Assembly: GCF_006345805.1 (NCBI RefSeq)
Contig: NC_043003.1
Span: forward strand, 89,094,001 to 89,158,000
Source: Octopus sinensis
Taxonomy: Eukaryota
Direction of reading: 5' to 3'
DNA: 64,000 nt
The position numbers and the translations under genes were made by a program. Positions 1-14,372 of the stretch are shown piece after piece (position 1 is the stretch's first letter; the number at the start of each line of letters is the position of its first letter). The notes under the pieces were generated by a model, which was not told where the DNA came from, made no database searches, and was given only the letters and a program-made list of their open reading frames with translations.

Positions 1-484
1 TTTCGACTTGCTCCTCCTTTCATTGTTTTTTTTTGCGAGTATTATCACCATAAAACCTTATTATTTCCTCCTTCTTACGTTCGTCTCAAACGCTAGCTCA
101 AGCATTTCCTCACAACATATATCTTTCACTCATAGAAACTTATTCCCACGACCACAAAGCATTTCGTCTCAAATCTTGTCTCTCTCCCTCATCTATCGGT
201 CATTCAATTCTGTCTATTCAATTCCTACACCATTTGCCTATCTATCGGTCTTTTCTGCCACTCAAATTCCTACCCCATCGTTCCCAGTTCGTGGTGGCGC
301 CCGCCCTCCTACCCGCACCCTCCACCTGTACCAGAAGTCCTTCTCTCATCTCGTCTTCCTTCGCTTTTCATCCATGAACACCTAAAGGCCTTAACCCAAT
401 ACCACCCCTACTATATAAGGTAGTGACCATACGGTGTAAAACATGATAGTGTAGTGTAAGCAGGTTGAACTTAAGATCATTGCT

Positions 485-3400
485 TTGCTTATGAATTCTG
501 CCAAATGCGAGCTCTCGTTTCAGGTACATGACGCCACTGCCTCCCGTCCCAGGGTCTCAAGGGCCCATACCTCCCACACCCTCAGGGTTGACACTCTCAA
601 CGTTGGCACACTGAAAGGTAGGTCTGGTGAGATTGTTGAGATGCTTGAACGGAGACGTGTTGATATATGTTGCATCCAAGAAGTAAGGTGGAGAGGAGGT
701 TCTGCTAGGTTCCTCACAGGCAAAGAACACAGGTACAAGATTTTCTGGGCAGGAAACACTGACGGGGTTGGAGGTGTGGGTATACTTCTCGCTGAAAAAT
801 GGGTAGATAAGGTAATTGAGGTAATCAGAGTAAGTGACAGAATACTTAAGATTAGATTAGTGCTTCATCAAGGATTAGCAACCATTATATCGGCCTACGC
901 CCCTCTGCCGGGGCTACCCGATGGACAGAAGGACCAATTCTATGACACCCTACTGCAGACTACCTCGTTGATGAACGACAGGGACCTTCTCTTTGTGGGT
1001 GGTGACTTCGATGGGCATGTTGGACGACATGCTGGAGGCTTCCATGGTGTACATGGAGGCTATGGCTATGGCTCCCGCAACGAGGAGGGAACCAGGCTGC
1101 TGGAGTTCTGCGATGCAAATGATCTTATGGTTTGCAACACTAACTTCAGAAAACCTACCAGCCACCTAGTCACCTACCGATCGGGCTGACATACCAGCCA
1201 AATTGACTACATCCTTGCCAGGAAAAGGGAAAGATGGCTGCTTATAAATGCCAAAACCTTCCCAGGTGAAGAATGTACCCAACAACATAAACTGGTAGTT
1301 AGTGACTTTAGGATCAGGACTAAGAGGACGACCAGAAGACGACCAACTTGGAGAAGAAGGATCTGGAAGCTTAAAGATCCTGCGAATGGACAGAGACTTA
1401 GGGACATATTACTTGAAGCCTTTGACAAAGTAGAAGGGGATATAGCTTCACGGGGGGTAGAAGAAAACTGGAGGTCTCTAAGGGACAACCTGCTGAGAGC
1501 CACGGACCAGATCTGTGGCTGGTGCAAAGTCCCCTTAAGACCTAGAATAACGTGGTGGTGGAACAATATTGTAGACAGGGCTATTAGAGAAAAGAGACAG
1601 GCTTGGAAGGTCTGGAAAAATGGGGGTAGCAGGGAATTGTATCAGACTGCCAAAAGAGAAGCTAGGAGACAGGTTTATTTAGCCAGAGGGGAAGCAGATA
1701 AGAAAAAATTTGCCAATGTTCTGCGCCGTGAGGACCAAAGACTTGAGGTATTTCGTGTTGCAAGACAGGGTGTGAGAGAGAATCGTGATGTGGTAGGAGA
1801 GAAATGTGTTCGCATGGATGATGGTTCACTTGCGCTAAATGAGGATGCAAAGAGAGGTTTGGAGACATCATTATGAGAGGCTGCTAAATAAGGAAAATGA
1901 ATGGGATAAAGAGAGTCTGCCGAATGTCGACCCAACAGAGGGACCAGCTATCTGAGTTGACAGTTCCTTAGTAGTTAAGGCAATTAGCAGCATGAAGACA
2001 TGGAAAGCCCCAGGCCCATCAGGAATTACTGCAGAGATGCTTAAAATATCTGGTAGTGTCGGCTATAGCCTAGTCACCCGTATAGTTAACCAGGTGATAC
2101 ACGGAGTCATACCCAATGACTGGTGTAGCAGCATAATAGTCAACTGCTACAAAGGTAAGGGTGATGCTTTAGATACAAATAATTACAGAGGTATCAAACT
2201 GTTAGATCAGGTAATGAAGGTTACGGAGAGGGTCATAGCCCAACAGATTAGGGAGAGAGTCAGCTTGGATGAGATGCAGTTTGGTTTCGTGCTAGAAAAA
2301 AGCACCACTGATGCCATATTTCTAGTGAGATAGCTGCAGGGGAAATACCTAGCCAAGGATAAGCCCCTGTACCTGGCTTTCATTGACACGGAGAAAACTT
2401 TTGACAGGGTCTCCCGATCCCTTATCTGGTGGTCAATGAGGAAACTAGGGATAGATGAATGGTTAGTGAGAGCTGTGCAAGCCATGTACAGAGACGCTGT
2501 AAGTAAGGTGAGGGTTGGAAACGAGTACACTAAAGAATTCAAAGTAGAGGTAGGGGTCCACCAAGGTTCAGTCCTCAGCCCCCTCCTATTTATCATAGTC
2601 CTCCAGGCAATAACGGAGGAATTCAAGACAGGATGCCCCTGGGAGCTCCTCTATGCTGATGACCTTGCTCTAATTGCTGAGTCACTATCAGAACTAGAGG
2701 CAAAGTTTCAAATGTGGAGACAAGGATTAGAATCAAAGGGCCTTAAAATCAACCTAGCTAAAACCAAAGTCTTAATATGTAGGATGGCAGGCAAATCACA
2801 AACGCCTTCAGGTAGATGGCCCTGCTCGATCTGTAGAAAAGGCATAGGTAGAAACTCTATAAGATGCACCAAATGTAAGCTATGGACACATGAGAGGTGC
2901 AGCAATGTCAAAGGAAGGCTAACTGGGAAGATAGTTTTTGTATGTGGCAGATGCTCAGGAGCAATAAACACTGAAAATGCTCAGAGACCAACTTCCGCCA
3001 CATTCCAAGGAGAAAAACTAGAAGTAGTTGATAGCTTCCATTACCTTGGTGACCAAGTCAGTAGCGGGGGCGGGTGTGCTGAAAGTGTAACTGCTAGAGT
3101 AAGAATAGCCTGGGCAAAGTTCAGAGAGCTCTTACCTCTGCTGGTGACAAAAGGCCTCTCGCTCAGAACAAACGGCAGACTGTATGACGCATGTGTATGA
3201 ACAGCCATGCTACATGGCAGTGAAACATGGGCCGTGACTGCTGAGGATATGCGTAAGCTTGCAAGAAATGAAGCCAGTATGCTTTGATGGATGTGTAATG
3301 TCAGTGTTCATACTCGACAGAGTGTAAGTACCTTGAGAGAAAAGTTGGACCTAAGAAGCATCAGTTGTGGTGTGCAAGAGAGACGCTTGTGCTGGTATGG

Positions 3401-4155
3401 TCATGTAGCGAGAATGGATGAAGATAGTTGTGTAAAAAAGTGCCACACCCTGGCTGTTGAGGGAACCTGTGGTAGAGGTAGATCAGGAAAACCTGGGACG
3501 AGGTGGTGAAGAACGACCTTCGAACTTTAGGTCTCACCGAGGAAATGACCAGAGACCAAGACCTTTGGAAGTATGCTGTGCGTGGGAAGACCCAGCAGGA
3601 CAAGTGAGACCATAACCCGTGGCCTCTACCTGGGACGTAGCCAGCCCACTTAGGCATACCGTTCCTTCTTGTGACACAAACCCTACTTGTGAAGACCTGT
3701 TGAGGCATGTGAAAATCAAAATCAAAATCAAAATCAAAATCAAAATCTCTCAACATCAATGGAAATTGTAGCTGAGATACCAGTGCTGGTGGCACATAAG
3801 AGAACCGTCCGAACATGGCCGTTGCCAGCCCTGCCCCGACTGGCCTCCGTGCCGGTGGCACGTAAAAAGCACCATCCGATTGTGGCCGTTGCCAGCCTCA
3901 TCTGGCCCCCGTGCCGGTGGCACGTAAAAAGCACCATCCGATCGTGGCCGTTTGCCAGCCTCGTCTAGCACCTGTGCAGGTGGCACATAAAAAGCACCCA
4001 CTACACTCTCAGAGTGGTTAGCGTTAGGAAGGGCATCCAGCTGTAGAAACACTGCCAGATCAGACTGGGCCTGGCGTAGCCTCCTGGCTTCCCAGACCCC
4101 AGTTGAACCGTCCAACCCATGCTAGCATGGAAAACAGACATTAAACGATGATGAT
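485..4155 (+). mobile_element. RTE-clade non-LTR retrotransposon, near full length, disabled (APE + RT with inserted PHD finger, composite 3' UTR, (GAT)n tail)
   Basis: ORF 485-1189 has APE motifs (TLNVGTL, CIQEVRW, SAYAP, GDFDGHVG). ORFs 1992-3200 have RT motifs (QFGF, GVHQGSVLSP, YADD). Premature stops occur at 1187 and 2331. (AAAATC)n lies at 3712-3747, followed by a repeat-containing module ending in GATGATGAT at 4155. The 5' end may extend to or past position 1. Confidence 0.93.
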
Positions 4156-5825
4156 AACTCCTTAACAGACTTGTGCAATGCTCAGTAAAATCCACTCCTT
4201 TACAGAAATCATCTTAGCTATGCATACAATTTCTGTTGTATTATTTTCTCAGCATTCTTAAACAACATGAAGTAGAAAAGTGAAAATTAAAATAATTTTT
4301 TCATGTTTATATTTAACAATGGATGACAATGCATTTATATGGATGTGTTTCTTTTTCTTATTGAGTTCCTATACATATTTACCTGTATCCTCCTCATTGA
4401 TTGTGCTTTGCTTGTTTAGTGCAATCACATATAACTATGTATATGTCAATGTGCAAAGCTATCCAGTTTTCTCCTCTATATTTCTCTCATATTTAAACTA
4501 GCAACAGTTTTCAGATTAACATAACACGAAAGGCTCCCAATGATTTGGGTTAACATTAATTTATATTAATTTATTTAATTTAAATGAACTACCTATGGAA
4601 TTTGTAATGTTTTATTGTAATGAAACAGCAGTTGAACACAAAGTATGAACTATATGTGAAATTTATGCTCTTCTGCTTTTATTGTATATATGTGGTTCTA
4701 TAAAATTATCTCAGCTGATCATCAATGCAAGTTGACTCTCACCTGGATTTACTGCAATGTAATAACATGTTGGAGTTTAATGATCTAATTTATTTGAGCT
4801 CTTAATTGCTGTGGATTTATTTAATCAATTTTATTAATTCTTTATATGGATATCCTATGAACTATTTATAATGGTCAGTATAGCTTGTTATAGTCACATT
4901 GACCAGTCAAGAAAGTAATTGAAACCATTGTTAAATAGTTTCCAGCAGTTTTGTTGGTCACATATTGAATTTATAATCGTCAACAAATGTAACATGTCTG
5001 TGAAAAAACAATGACATGTTACCTACAACTGTTTAATGTACACTGTTGTTTAGCCTCGACTCAGATACACATACTGCATACATCATAAATATAATACCAA
5101 CAAGATCTACTGCATCATCATCATCATTATTACTGTTGCTCTTTGGCACTCATTCCTTTTCCGCGCTGACAGTCATCTCTCTCTCCCTTACCTTCCCCAA
5201 CTCATATATGATTGATCACCCCTCAACTCTACCCAATTTATACAGTTGTCACCTATTTCCCCAATTTACCTTCCACTCCACACTTGTTTTTCATTCATTA
5301 TATTCACCTCCTCACCTACTTCCCTTCTCACTCTCCTTAACATTCTTGCAACCACAAACTACTCACACTTCATGTTCTGTTCTCTCTCACTTCTACTCAT
5401 CTGTATCTTCAAAGTTCACCCTCACACCCCATCACCACTATTATTTCTCTACAGTTCCACTTCAACCATTCTCGCCCTTTCCCTTATAATGTGAGTAACT
5501 GTGTAGCTCTCCTACAGTAAGAAACCTGTTCTATTCAGGCCCCCTTCTCTCTCACTTTAACCCCTCATCCCATTGCATAAAGCTGCCTCCCTCTGTACAG
5601 CAGCTCCACTCAGTTGAAAGTAGTTCTAGTCTTGTAACCTGCATGGTGATTTTACTAGTGGTGGTACCACAGAAAAAAAGCACCCAATGCAGTTTGTAAA
5701 GTAACTGATATTAAGAAAGGCACCCAGCCACAGAAACCATGCCAAAGTAGACGGTTATGATGATGATGAGTGTGAACATCAATATGTTTATGTTAGTATC
5801 AGTAGAAAAAATGCAAAATCATAAC

Positions 5826-6957
5826 AAGGATCAGTCCTCAGCCCCTACTTATTCATCATAGGCCTCCGGGCAATAACAGAGAAATTCAAGACAGGATGCC
5901 CCTGGGACCTCCTCTATGGTAATGACCTTGCTCTAATAGCTGAGCCTCTACCAGGACTAGAGGAGAAGTTTCAGGTGTAGAAGCAAAGTCTAGAATCGAA
6001 GGGCCTTAGAGTCAATCTAGTAAAAACCAAAGTCTTAATAAGTAGGATGGCAGACAAATCACAAATCCCTTCAGGAAGATGGCCCTGCTCAATCTGTAGA
6101 AAAGGCGTAAGTAGAAACTCCATAAGATGTACCCAGTGTAAGCTATAGACACATAAAAGGTGCAGTAATATCAAAGGAAGGCTAACTGGGAAGATAGTTT
6201 TTGTATATAGCAGATGCTTGGGAGCAATAAACACTGAAAATATGCAGAGAACAACTTCCGCCACATTCCAGGGAGAAAAACTAGAAATAGTTGATAGCTT
6301 CCGTTACCTAGGTGACCAAGTCAGTAGCGGGTGTGGAAACTCTCAGAGCTGGTGAGAAAGGGCCTCTCAGCGTAAAAGGTAGATTGTATGACACATGTGA
6401 GCGAACAGCCATGCTACATGGCATTGAAACATGGGCCGTGAATGCTGAGGACATGCGTAAGCTCACGAGAAATGAAGCCAGTATGTTCCGATGGATGTGT
6501 AATGTCTGTGCATACGAGACAGAATGTAAGCACCCTGATAGAAAAGTTGGACATAAGAAGCATCAGATGCCACCTGACTAGCTTCTATGCCAGTGGCATG
6601 TAAAAAGCACCATTCGAGTGTAGGTCATTGCTAGTGCTGCCTGACTGGCTCCCATGCCAGTGGCATGTAAAAACTACCATTCAAGTGTGGTTGAGTGGTC
6701 CTGTTCTGGTGGCATGTAAAAAGCACCATTCGAACGTTGTCAATACCAGCACCCCTTGACTAGCCCATGTACCAGTGGCATGTAAAAAGCACCCACTACA
6801 CTCTCGGAGTGGTTAGCATTAGGAAGGGCATCCAGCTGTAGAAACCTTGCCAGATCAGCTTGGAGCCTGGTACAGCCTTCTGGCTTACCAGTCCTCAGTC
6901 AAACCATTCAACCCATGCCAGCATGGAAAGCAGATGTTAAATGAGGATGATGATGAT
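5826..6957 (+). mobile_element. 5'-truncated older copy of the same RTE family
   Basis: Colinear with 2565-3300 (RT end, PHD region). Followed by the tandem GGTGGCAYGTAAAAAGCACC units and a (GAT)n tail. Confidence 0.88.
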
Positions 6958-6986
6958 AATAGAAAAATGAAAAAGATGAAACTTAC

Positions 6987-7193
6987 CTTAGATTAGAAGA
7001 ATTTGTATTGGCAGTTATGACCAAATGACCGACTTCCATTACCTGAACGATCAGTTGTAGATCAACTGTTTTGTTGTTTGCCTCAAGTGTCACATTACGC
7101 AAAGGGGTAATTATTTTTAGTTTCTCAGCGATAACAAAAGATTTGTGATATTCGTAGTCAAAATAAATAGGAACATTCTCTACCAATGGTTTG
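6987..7193 (-). CDS. CTNS: Host gene coding exon 3, cystinosin-like lumenal domain
   Basis: 207-bp open exon. Acceptor ttttctatttttcag, donor AG|gtaagt, phase 2/2. Encodes KPLVENVPIYFDYEYH...VMEVGHLVITANTNSSNL with sequons NVT, NKT and NSS. Splices in frame to the exon at 15939-16011. Resembles human CTNS exons 5+6 (PPLNATLVITFE...VGQLTVYLHGN) from memory. Confidence 0.75.
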
Positions 7194-7262
7194 CTGAAAA
7201 ATAGAAAATTGTGGTGAAGTAATATTTTTAAATATGAAAATTCCAAAGAAATCTATTTTGAA

Positions 7263-7411
7263 ATGGCTATGTGGTTAAGAAGTTTACTTCCCAACCAAAT
7301 GATTTGGAGTTCAGTCCTACTGCCAGGCACTTTGGACTTCTATTACATTCCCAGGTAAACCAAAACCTTATGAATGAATTTGGTAGGCAGAAACTGAAAC
7401 AGGACTATTGT

Positions 7412-7412
<1 letters not shown>
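7263..7412 (+). mobile_element. tRNA-derived SINE head (CORE-like family)
   Basis: A-box-like TGGCTATGTGG and B-box-like GAGTTCAGTCC. Related copies at 19863-20008 (-), 22504-22540 (-), 42285-42370 (-) and 52555 (+). Confidence 0.65.
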
Positions 7413-9558
<2,146 letters not shown>

Positions 9559-9559
<1 letters not shown>

Positions 9560-10070
9560 CTCCTGATTAGCCTTAAGATTAAATAACGTTTTTATCCACA
9601 CTCTAATATAATATTAATATTGCTAATATATTTTCAGATACTCTATCTTCTAATTAGCCTAAGATTAAATTAAATAACGTTTAATATTAATAACGTCTAA
9701 TTAGCCTTAAGATTAAATTAAATAACGGTTAATATTGCTTAATATTGTATATATAATTTTTCAGATACTCTGTCTTCTAATTAGCCTTAAGATTAAATTA
9801 AATAACGTTTAATATTACCCACACTCTAATATAATATTAATATTGCTAATATATTTTCAGATACTCTATCTCCTAATTAGCCTTAAGATTAAACAACGTT
9901 TTTATCCACACTCTAATATAATATTAATATTGCTAATACATTTTCAGATACTCTGTCCCCTAATTAGCCTTAAGATTAAATAACGTTTTTACCCAAATAA
10001 CGTTTCTACACAAACTTTAATATCGTTAATATTTCTTTTTCAAGTACTCTATCTTCTAATTAGCCTTAAT
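9559..10070 (+). repeat. Seven degenerate tandem monomers (47-96 bp) in the LINE 5' UTR
   Basis: Core CTAATTAGCCTTAAGATTAAA recurs, with TTAG at 9567, 9654, 9701, 9781, 9877, 9964 and 10060. The intervening sequences are also homologous to each other. Confidence 0.9.
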
Positions 10071-13000
10071 ATCTTCCTGTCTTCTCTCGAACATAATTAG
10101 ATAGATAAACGGATAGACGGATTATCCAGCATGTCCAGAGCATGGAGACCTGACGAGCTGGATTTATTCGTACGAGCATGGGAGTGCGCCGGCGGAGATA
10201 GCCCTAGGGAGGTGATTGCGGCTGCGCTGAAGAGCAGAGGCTACAAGAGGACAGCGGCTCAGATGGAGCGAAAGAGACAGGAATTCGTGCGCTCATATGC
10301 GCTTGTACGGTCGCACATTGGCGCACTTGATGCCATCTTTGAGAACGAGCGGAGCAAAGATGGCAAGAATGGAGACGATGAAAGAAGTCACCCCCACCTG
10401 GTGGACGCCCGGGAGGATTTTGAATGAGAAACCTGCCCGGGAAGTGAACCCAGGTGCAAGTTCTCCAACCGGCAGCAAGGGCCATGGAGACGGAGAACCC
10501 GGTGAAGAGGTAGAGGGAGGAAGAAGAACTAAAAGAAGGACTGGAGAGCTAAAGGAAAAGAACAAGCTCAAGCAGGACCAAAGTGTGAAACAACCAGAAA
10601 TAGAAGTGGAACCGCAAAGGATGGAACCAAACAGCGCACACGGTGTGTATGTTCTACCTGAGAGGTTCCTGCTGGCATGGAAAGGAAGGTGCAGGCTGCC
10701 GCTTTGCACATCGGGGACCCTGCCACAGAGACACGAGGCAGATGGACAAACCATCAACACAAAGAAAAGGGATGGACCACGCACCACCTGCCCCAAAGCG
10801 GAGGTACGCAGATGCTGTGCGCGCCACAAACAGCCAACATGATGTTGTCGAAAGAGCAGCTGCTGAGCAACAATCTTTTTTGTGCATGGCACAAAATTGT
10901 ACAGCAGCTGACCTGGCTTCATCAAACCCAAGCCCGCAGGTGGGACTACCCACTATATACCAGACCACCACAGCAAACAGACACAGGATGGACACCGCCG
11001 GCAACAACGTACACCTCACCTCGATACTCCTACTGAACATCAGAGGACTGCAAACACTCAGTAACAGGACAAAGATCCCGTTCCTGAGAGACTTTGTTGC
11101 ATGCAATCAAGCCTTATGCATAGCACTTACAGAAACGCACCTGAAACCGGACATAGCAGATGCGGAGTTACACATACCACAGTATGCTGTACTACGGACC
11201 GACAGGAAAGAAAGGAGTCATGGAGGTGTTGCTATGTACATCCGTGAGGACCTCACACCCCAGGTCCTCTTGTCATACTCAAACTCGGTGTGTGACACAC
11301 TAATTGTACATATTAGGCAACTTGATGTAGTTGTGTGTGCTACATATCGCCCTCCAGATGCCCCAAGCCATGTGGGCAAGTTTGAAGACTGCCTTATAAA
11401 AATAGAAGAAATTCTAACCACATTAGAACAACACATAGGTGTGCTTCTTATGGGAGACTTCAATCTGCCTAATGTCACATGGCCCGAGGCCTTTCTCTCT
11501 CCCAGGAATGACAAGATGTGAACGAGGACAGGCGAGGTCCCTCCTGAACCTCATCAACCCCTGTACATGGAGCAGGTAATACTCCAACCAACCAGGGCAG
11601 GTAACACACTGGATCTCTGCTTCACAAATGACATGGATCTCATCCATAATGTGAAAGTGACACCGACACTACTCTCGGATCACAACATGATAGAGCTGAC
11701 CATGTACAGGCCAAAAGAGAGCACGGACATGCAGCCTACAAGAAACCCTCAAAATCTTTCCAGCTTGAACTACCATAAGGCAAACTGGAAACAAATTGAG
11801 AAAGAGATCCACAAACAAAACTGGCCTAAATGTCTCTCCTCGCCAGACATCGACGTGAAACTTCAACAATTCATGTCTGTAATGCAAGCCATATGCTAAA
11901 AATGTGTCCCAGAGAGAAAGGCCACTGTACACAAGAACAAAATCCCCAGAGAGAGGAAAATTTTAATGAGACGGCGTACAAAATTTTCAAATCGCCTGAA
12001 CAAACAAATTGAAAGCAGTGAAAAGTCCCGCCTAAAAATAAAACTGTTGGAAATCGAAAAATGTCTGCAACTCTCCCATGAAAAAGAAAGAGCAGACAAA
12101 GAAGCCTGGGCTATAGAAAACATAAAATCTAACCCCAGAGCTTTCTACAGGTATGCCAAAGAAACAGCTACAGTGCACTGTAGAATAGGGCCACTCCTCG
12201 AAAAGGATGGCACACTTACAGGAAAACCAATGAGGGTAAGTGAAATACTGAATGAGCAATTCAAGAGTGTTTTCACTCCACCCCTTGGGCATCTCCAAAT
12301 CACCAATCCAACTGACTTTTTTACCACTGCAGATATAAAATCAGAGGCGGCGACGATAGATTACATTGATATAAAGGAAGACGATGTAACCAAGGCTATA
12401 GATGAAATGAAAACAGACTCAGCTACTGGCCCCGATGGATTCCCGGCAATCCTCCTAAAAGCATGTAAGAGAGTCCTAGCAAGACCACTGCAGTTCCTCT
12501 TTCAGAGCTTCCTTGCAGCTGGCAAACTTCCAGGAAAACTGAAGGAAGGTAAAATATGCCCCATTCATAAAGGAGGTAGCAGAGCGGAAGCCAAGAACTA
12601 TAGACCTATCTCTCTGACCTCACACATCAGCAAGGTCATGGAACGAATAGTCAGAAGGAAGCTGATCACCTTCCTTGAAGAGAATGACTTGCTGCCCGAC
12701 ACCCAACATGGTTTCCGACCAGGGAGAAGCTGTTTAACTCAGCTCCTACAACACTATGACTGGGTGCTGAAACGGCTGCTCAACCACTCAAATGTGGAAG
12801 TGATATATCTCGACTTTGCAAAGGCCTTTGATAAAGTCGATCATGGAATGATATGTCACAAACTGCGTGATCTCAACATAGTTGGAAAACTGGGAGAATG
12901 GCTTCATGACTTTCTGAAGGATAGAAGTCAGGTGGTAGTAGCCAATGGGGCCACCTCCATTAACACACAAATAGTGAGCGGTGTTCCGCAGGGCACTGTT

Positions 13001-14074
13001 CTGGGACCACTACTGTTCATAATGGCCCTCTCAGACATGCCCTCAGCCACGCAGAGAGCCACGATCACAAGTTATGCAGATGATACAAAAGTTTCACAGG
13101 CAATACAGAACCCTGAGGACACTAAACACCTGCAATGTGTGCTGGACGAAATATACAAGTGGGCTGAAAAGAATAGCATGCAGTTCAATGCTGGAAAGTT
13201 TCAAGCTTTATACTATCAGCATGCAAAACTGAATGCAATACCCAATGTATACACTGGACCCGGAGGGATTGCAATCCCAGAGGCACAATCAGTGCGTGTC
13301 CTGGGTATTCACATGAGTGATGACGCGACCTTTCATGTACATGTTGCTAAACTGACAATGAAATGTAGACGGCTGGCTGGATGGATTCTTAGAACCTTTA
13401 GAACAAGAGAACAAAAAACCATGATGGTCCTCTGGAAGACACTTGTCCTAAGCCACTTTGACTATTGCTCTCAGCTATGGTCACCATCCAGTGTCAAGTT
13501 GATCACAGAACTTGAGGCGATCCAACGAAGCTACACAAAGAAGATAGCCTCTATGCAGAATGTAAGCTACTGGGAAAGACTCAAGAGATTAAGACTATTC
13601 CTTAGAGCATAGGCAAGAAAGATATGCCATAATATACATCTGGAAGATCCTGGAGGGAAGTGTCCTGAACTTTGGCATCGAGAGTTACGCAAATGCCAGA
13701 ACTAGGCGCCACTGCGTGGTGCCTAGGACTCCAAACCTGCCATCAAGATGTAGGACAAGATTCTGTGATAGCCTGGGCTTCCGAGGCCCACAGCTCTTCA
13801 ATATCCTCCCGAAGAACCTGAGAGACCTGCATGGGGTGGATACAGATGTCTTTAAAATGAAGCTGGATCTCTTCCTGTCAGGTGTCCCAGATGAACCAAC
13901 TTCATGGCAGGAGGGGCAGATGAGGGCAGCTGCATCGAACTCTCTCATGCACCAAATAGCAGTTGCTACAAAGCCTCCATGAAGTGAAACCAAGTAGCAA
14001 CACCAAATGGCGGTGCCCCAGCATGGCCACAGCTCATAAGCTGAAACTAGAATCAATCAATCAATCAATCAATC
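9559..14074 (+). mobile_element. Near full-length CR1-group LINE: 5' monomer array, Myb/SANT-like + CCCH region, APE, RT, (AATC)n tail
   Basis: APE motifs (LLNIRGL, LTETHL, YRPP, GDFNLP) in 10643-11521. RT motifs (NYRPISLTS, QHGFRPGRSC, YLDFAKAFD, GVPQGTVLGP, YADD, DYCSQLW) in 11966-13612. Tail at 14051-14074. (TA)n on both flanks. Several stops and frameshifts. Confidence 0.93.
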
Positions 14075-14145
14075 GTATACATATATATATATACACATAC
14101 ATATATATATATACATATATATATATACATATATATATATATACA

Positions 14146-14272
14146 TTCTAGATTCCTTCCTCTCTTTCGTCCAATCTTTCCATCCAGCCCTCCACTTCAC
14201 TTCCACTATCTCCAACACCTCTGTCTCCTTCCTCGACATTTCGGTTAGCATTCTTCACTCCACTCTTACCAC
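14146..14272 (+). mobile_element. Penelope-like RT fragment running into the assembly gap
   Basis: The plus strand translates as FVQSFHPALHFTSTISNTSVSFLDISV, similar to the PLE RT motif seen at about 63540-63610 (IQFTMEHNSKQLPFLDI). Confidence 0.65.
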
Positions 14273-14372
14273 NNNNNNNNNNNNNNNNNNNNNNNNNNNN
14301 NNNNNNNNNNNNNNNNNNNNNNNNNNNNNNNNNNNNNNNNNNNNNNNNNNNNNNNNNNNNNNNNNNNNNNNN
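14273..14372. other. Assembly gap (100 N)
   Basis: Directly visible. Confidence 1.

Noticed and set aside
1-484. ORF 8-385 and a possible HDV-like ribozyme at the RTE 5' end
   Set aside because: The ORF is a low-complexity pyrimidine-rich reading. I could not fold a nested double pseudoknot by eye, and the true 5' end of the element may lie outside the window.
4989-5022. 10-bp perfect hairpin GTAACATGTC/GACATGTTAC
   Set aside because: It is isolated and short, and expected by chance in AT-rich intron sequence.
9559-10070. CRISPR-like repeat/spacer appearance
   Set aside because: The spacers are homologous to each other, spacing is irregular, there are no cas genes and the context is eukaryotic. 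It is a tandem monomer array.
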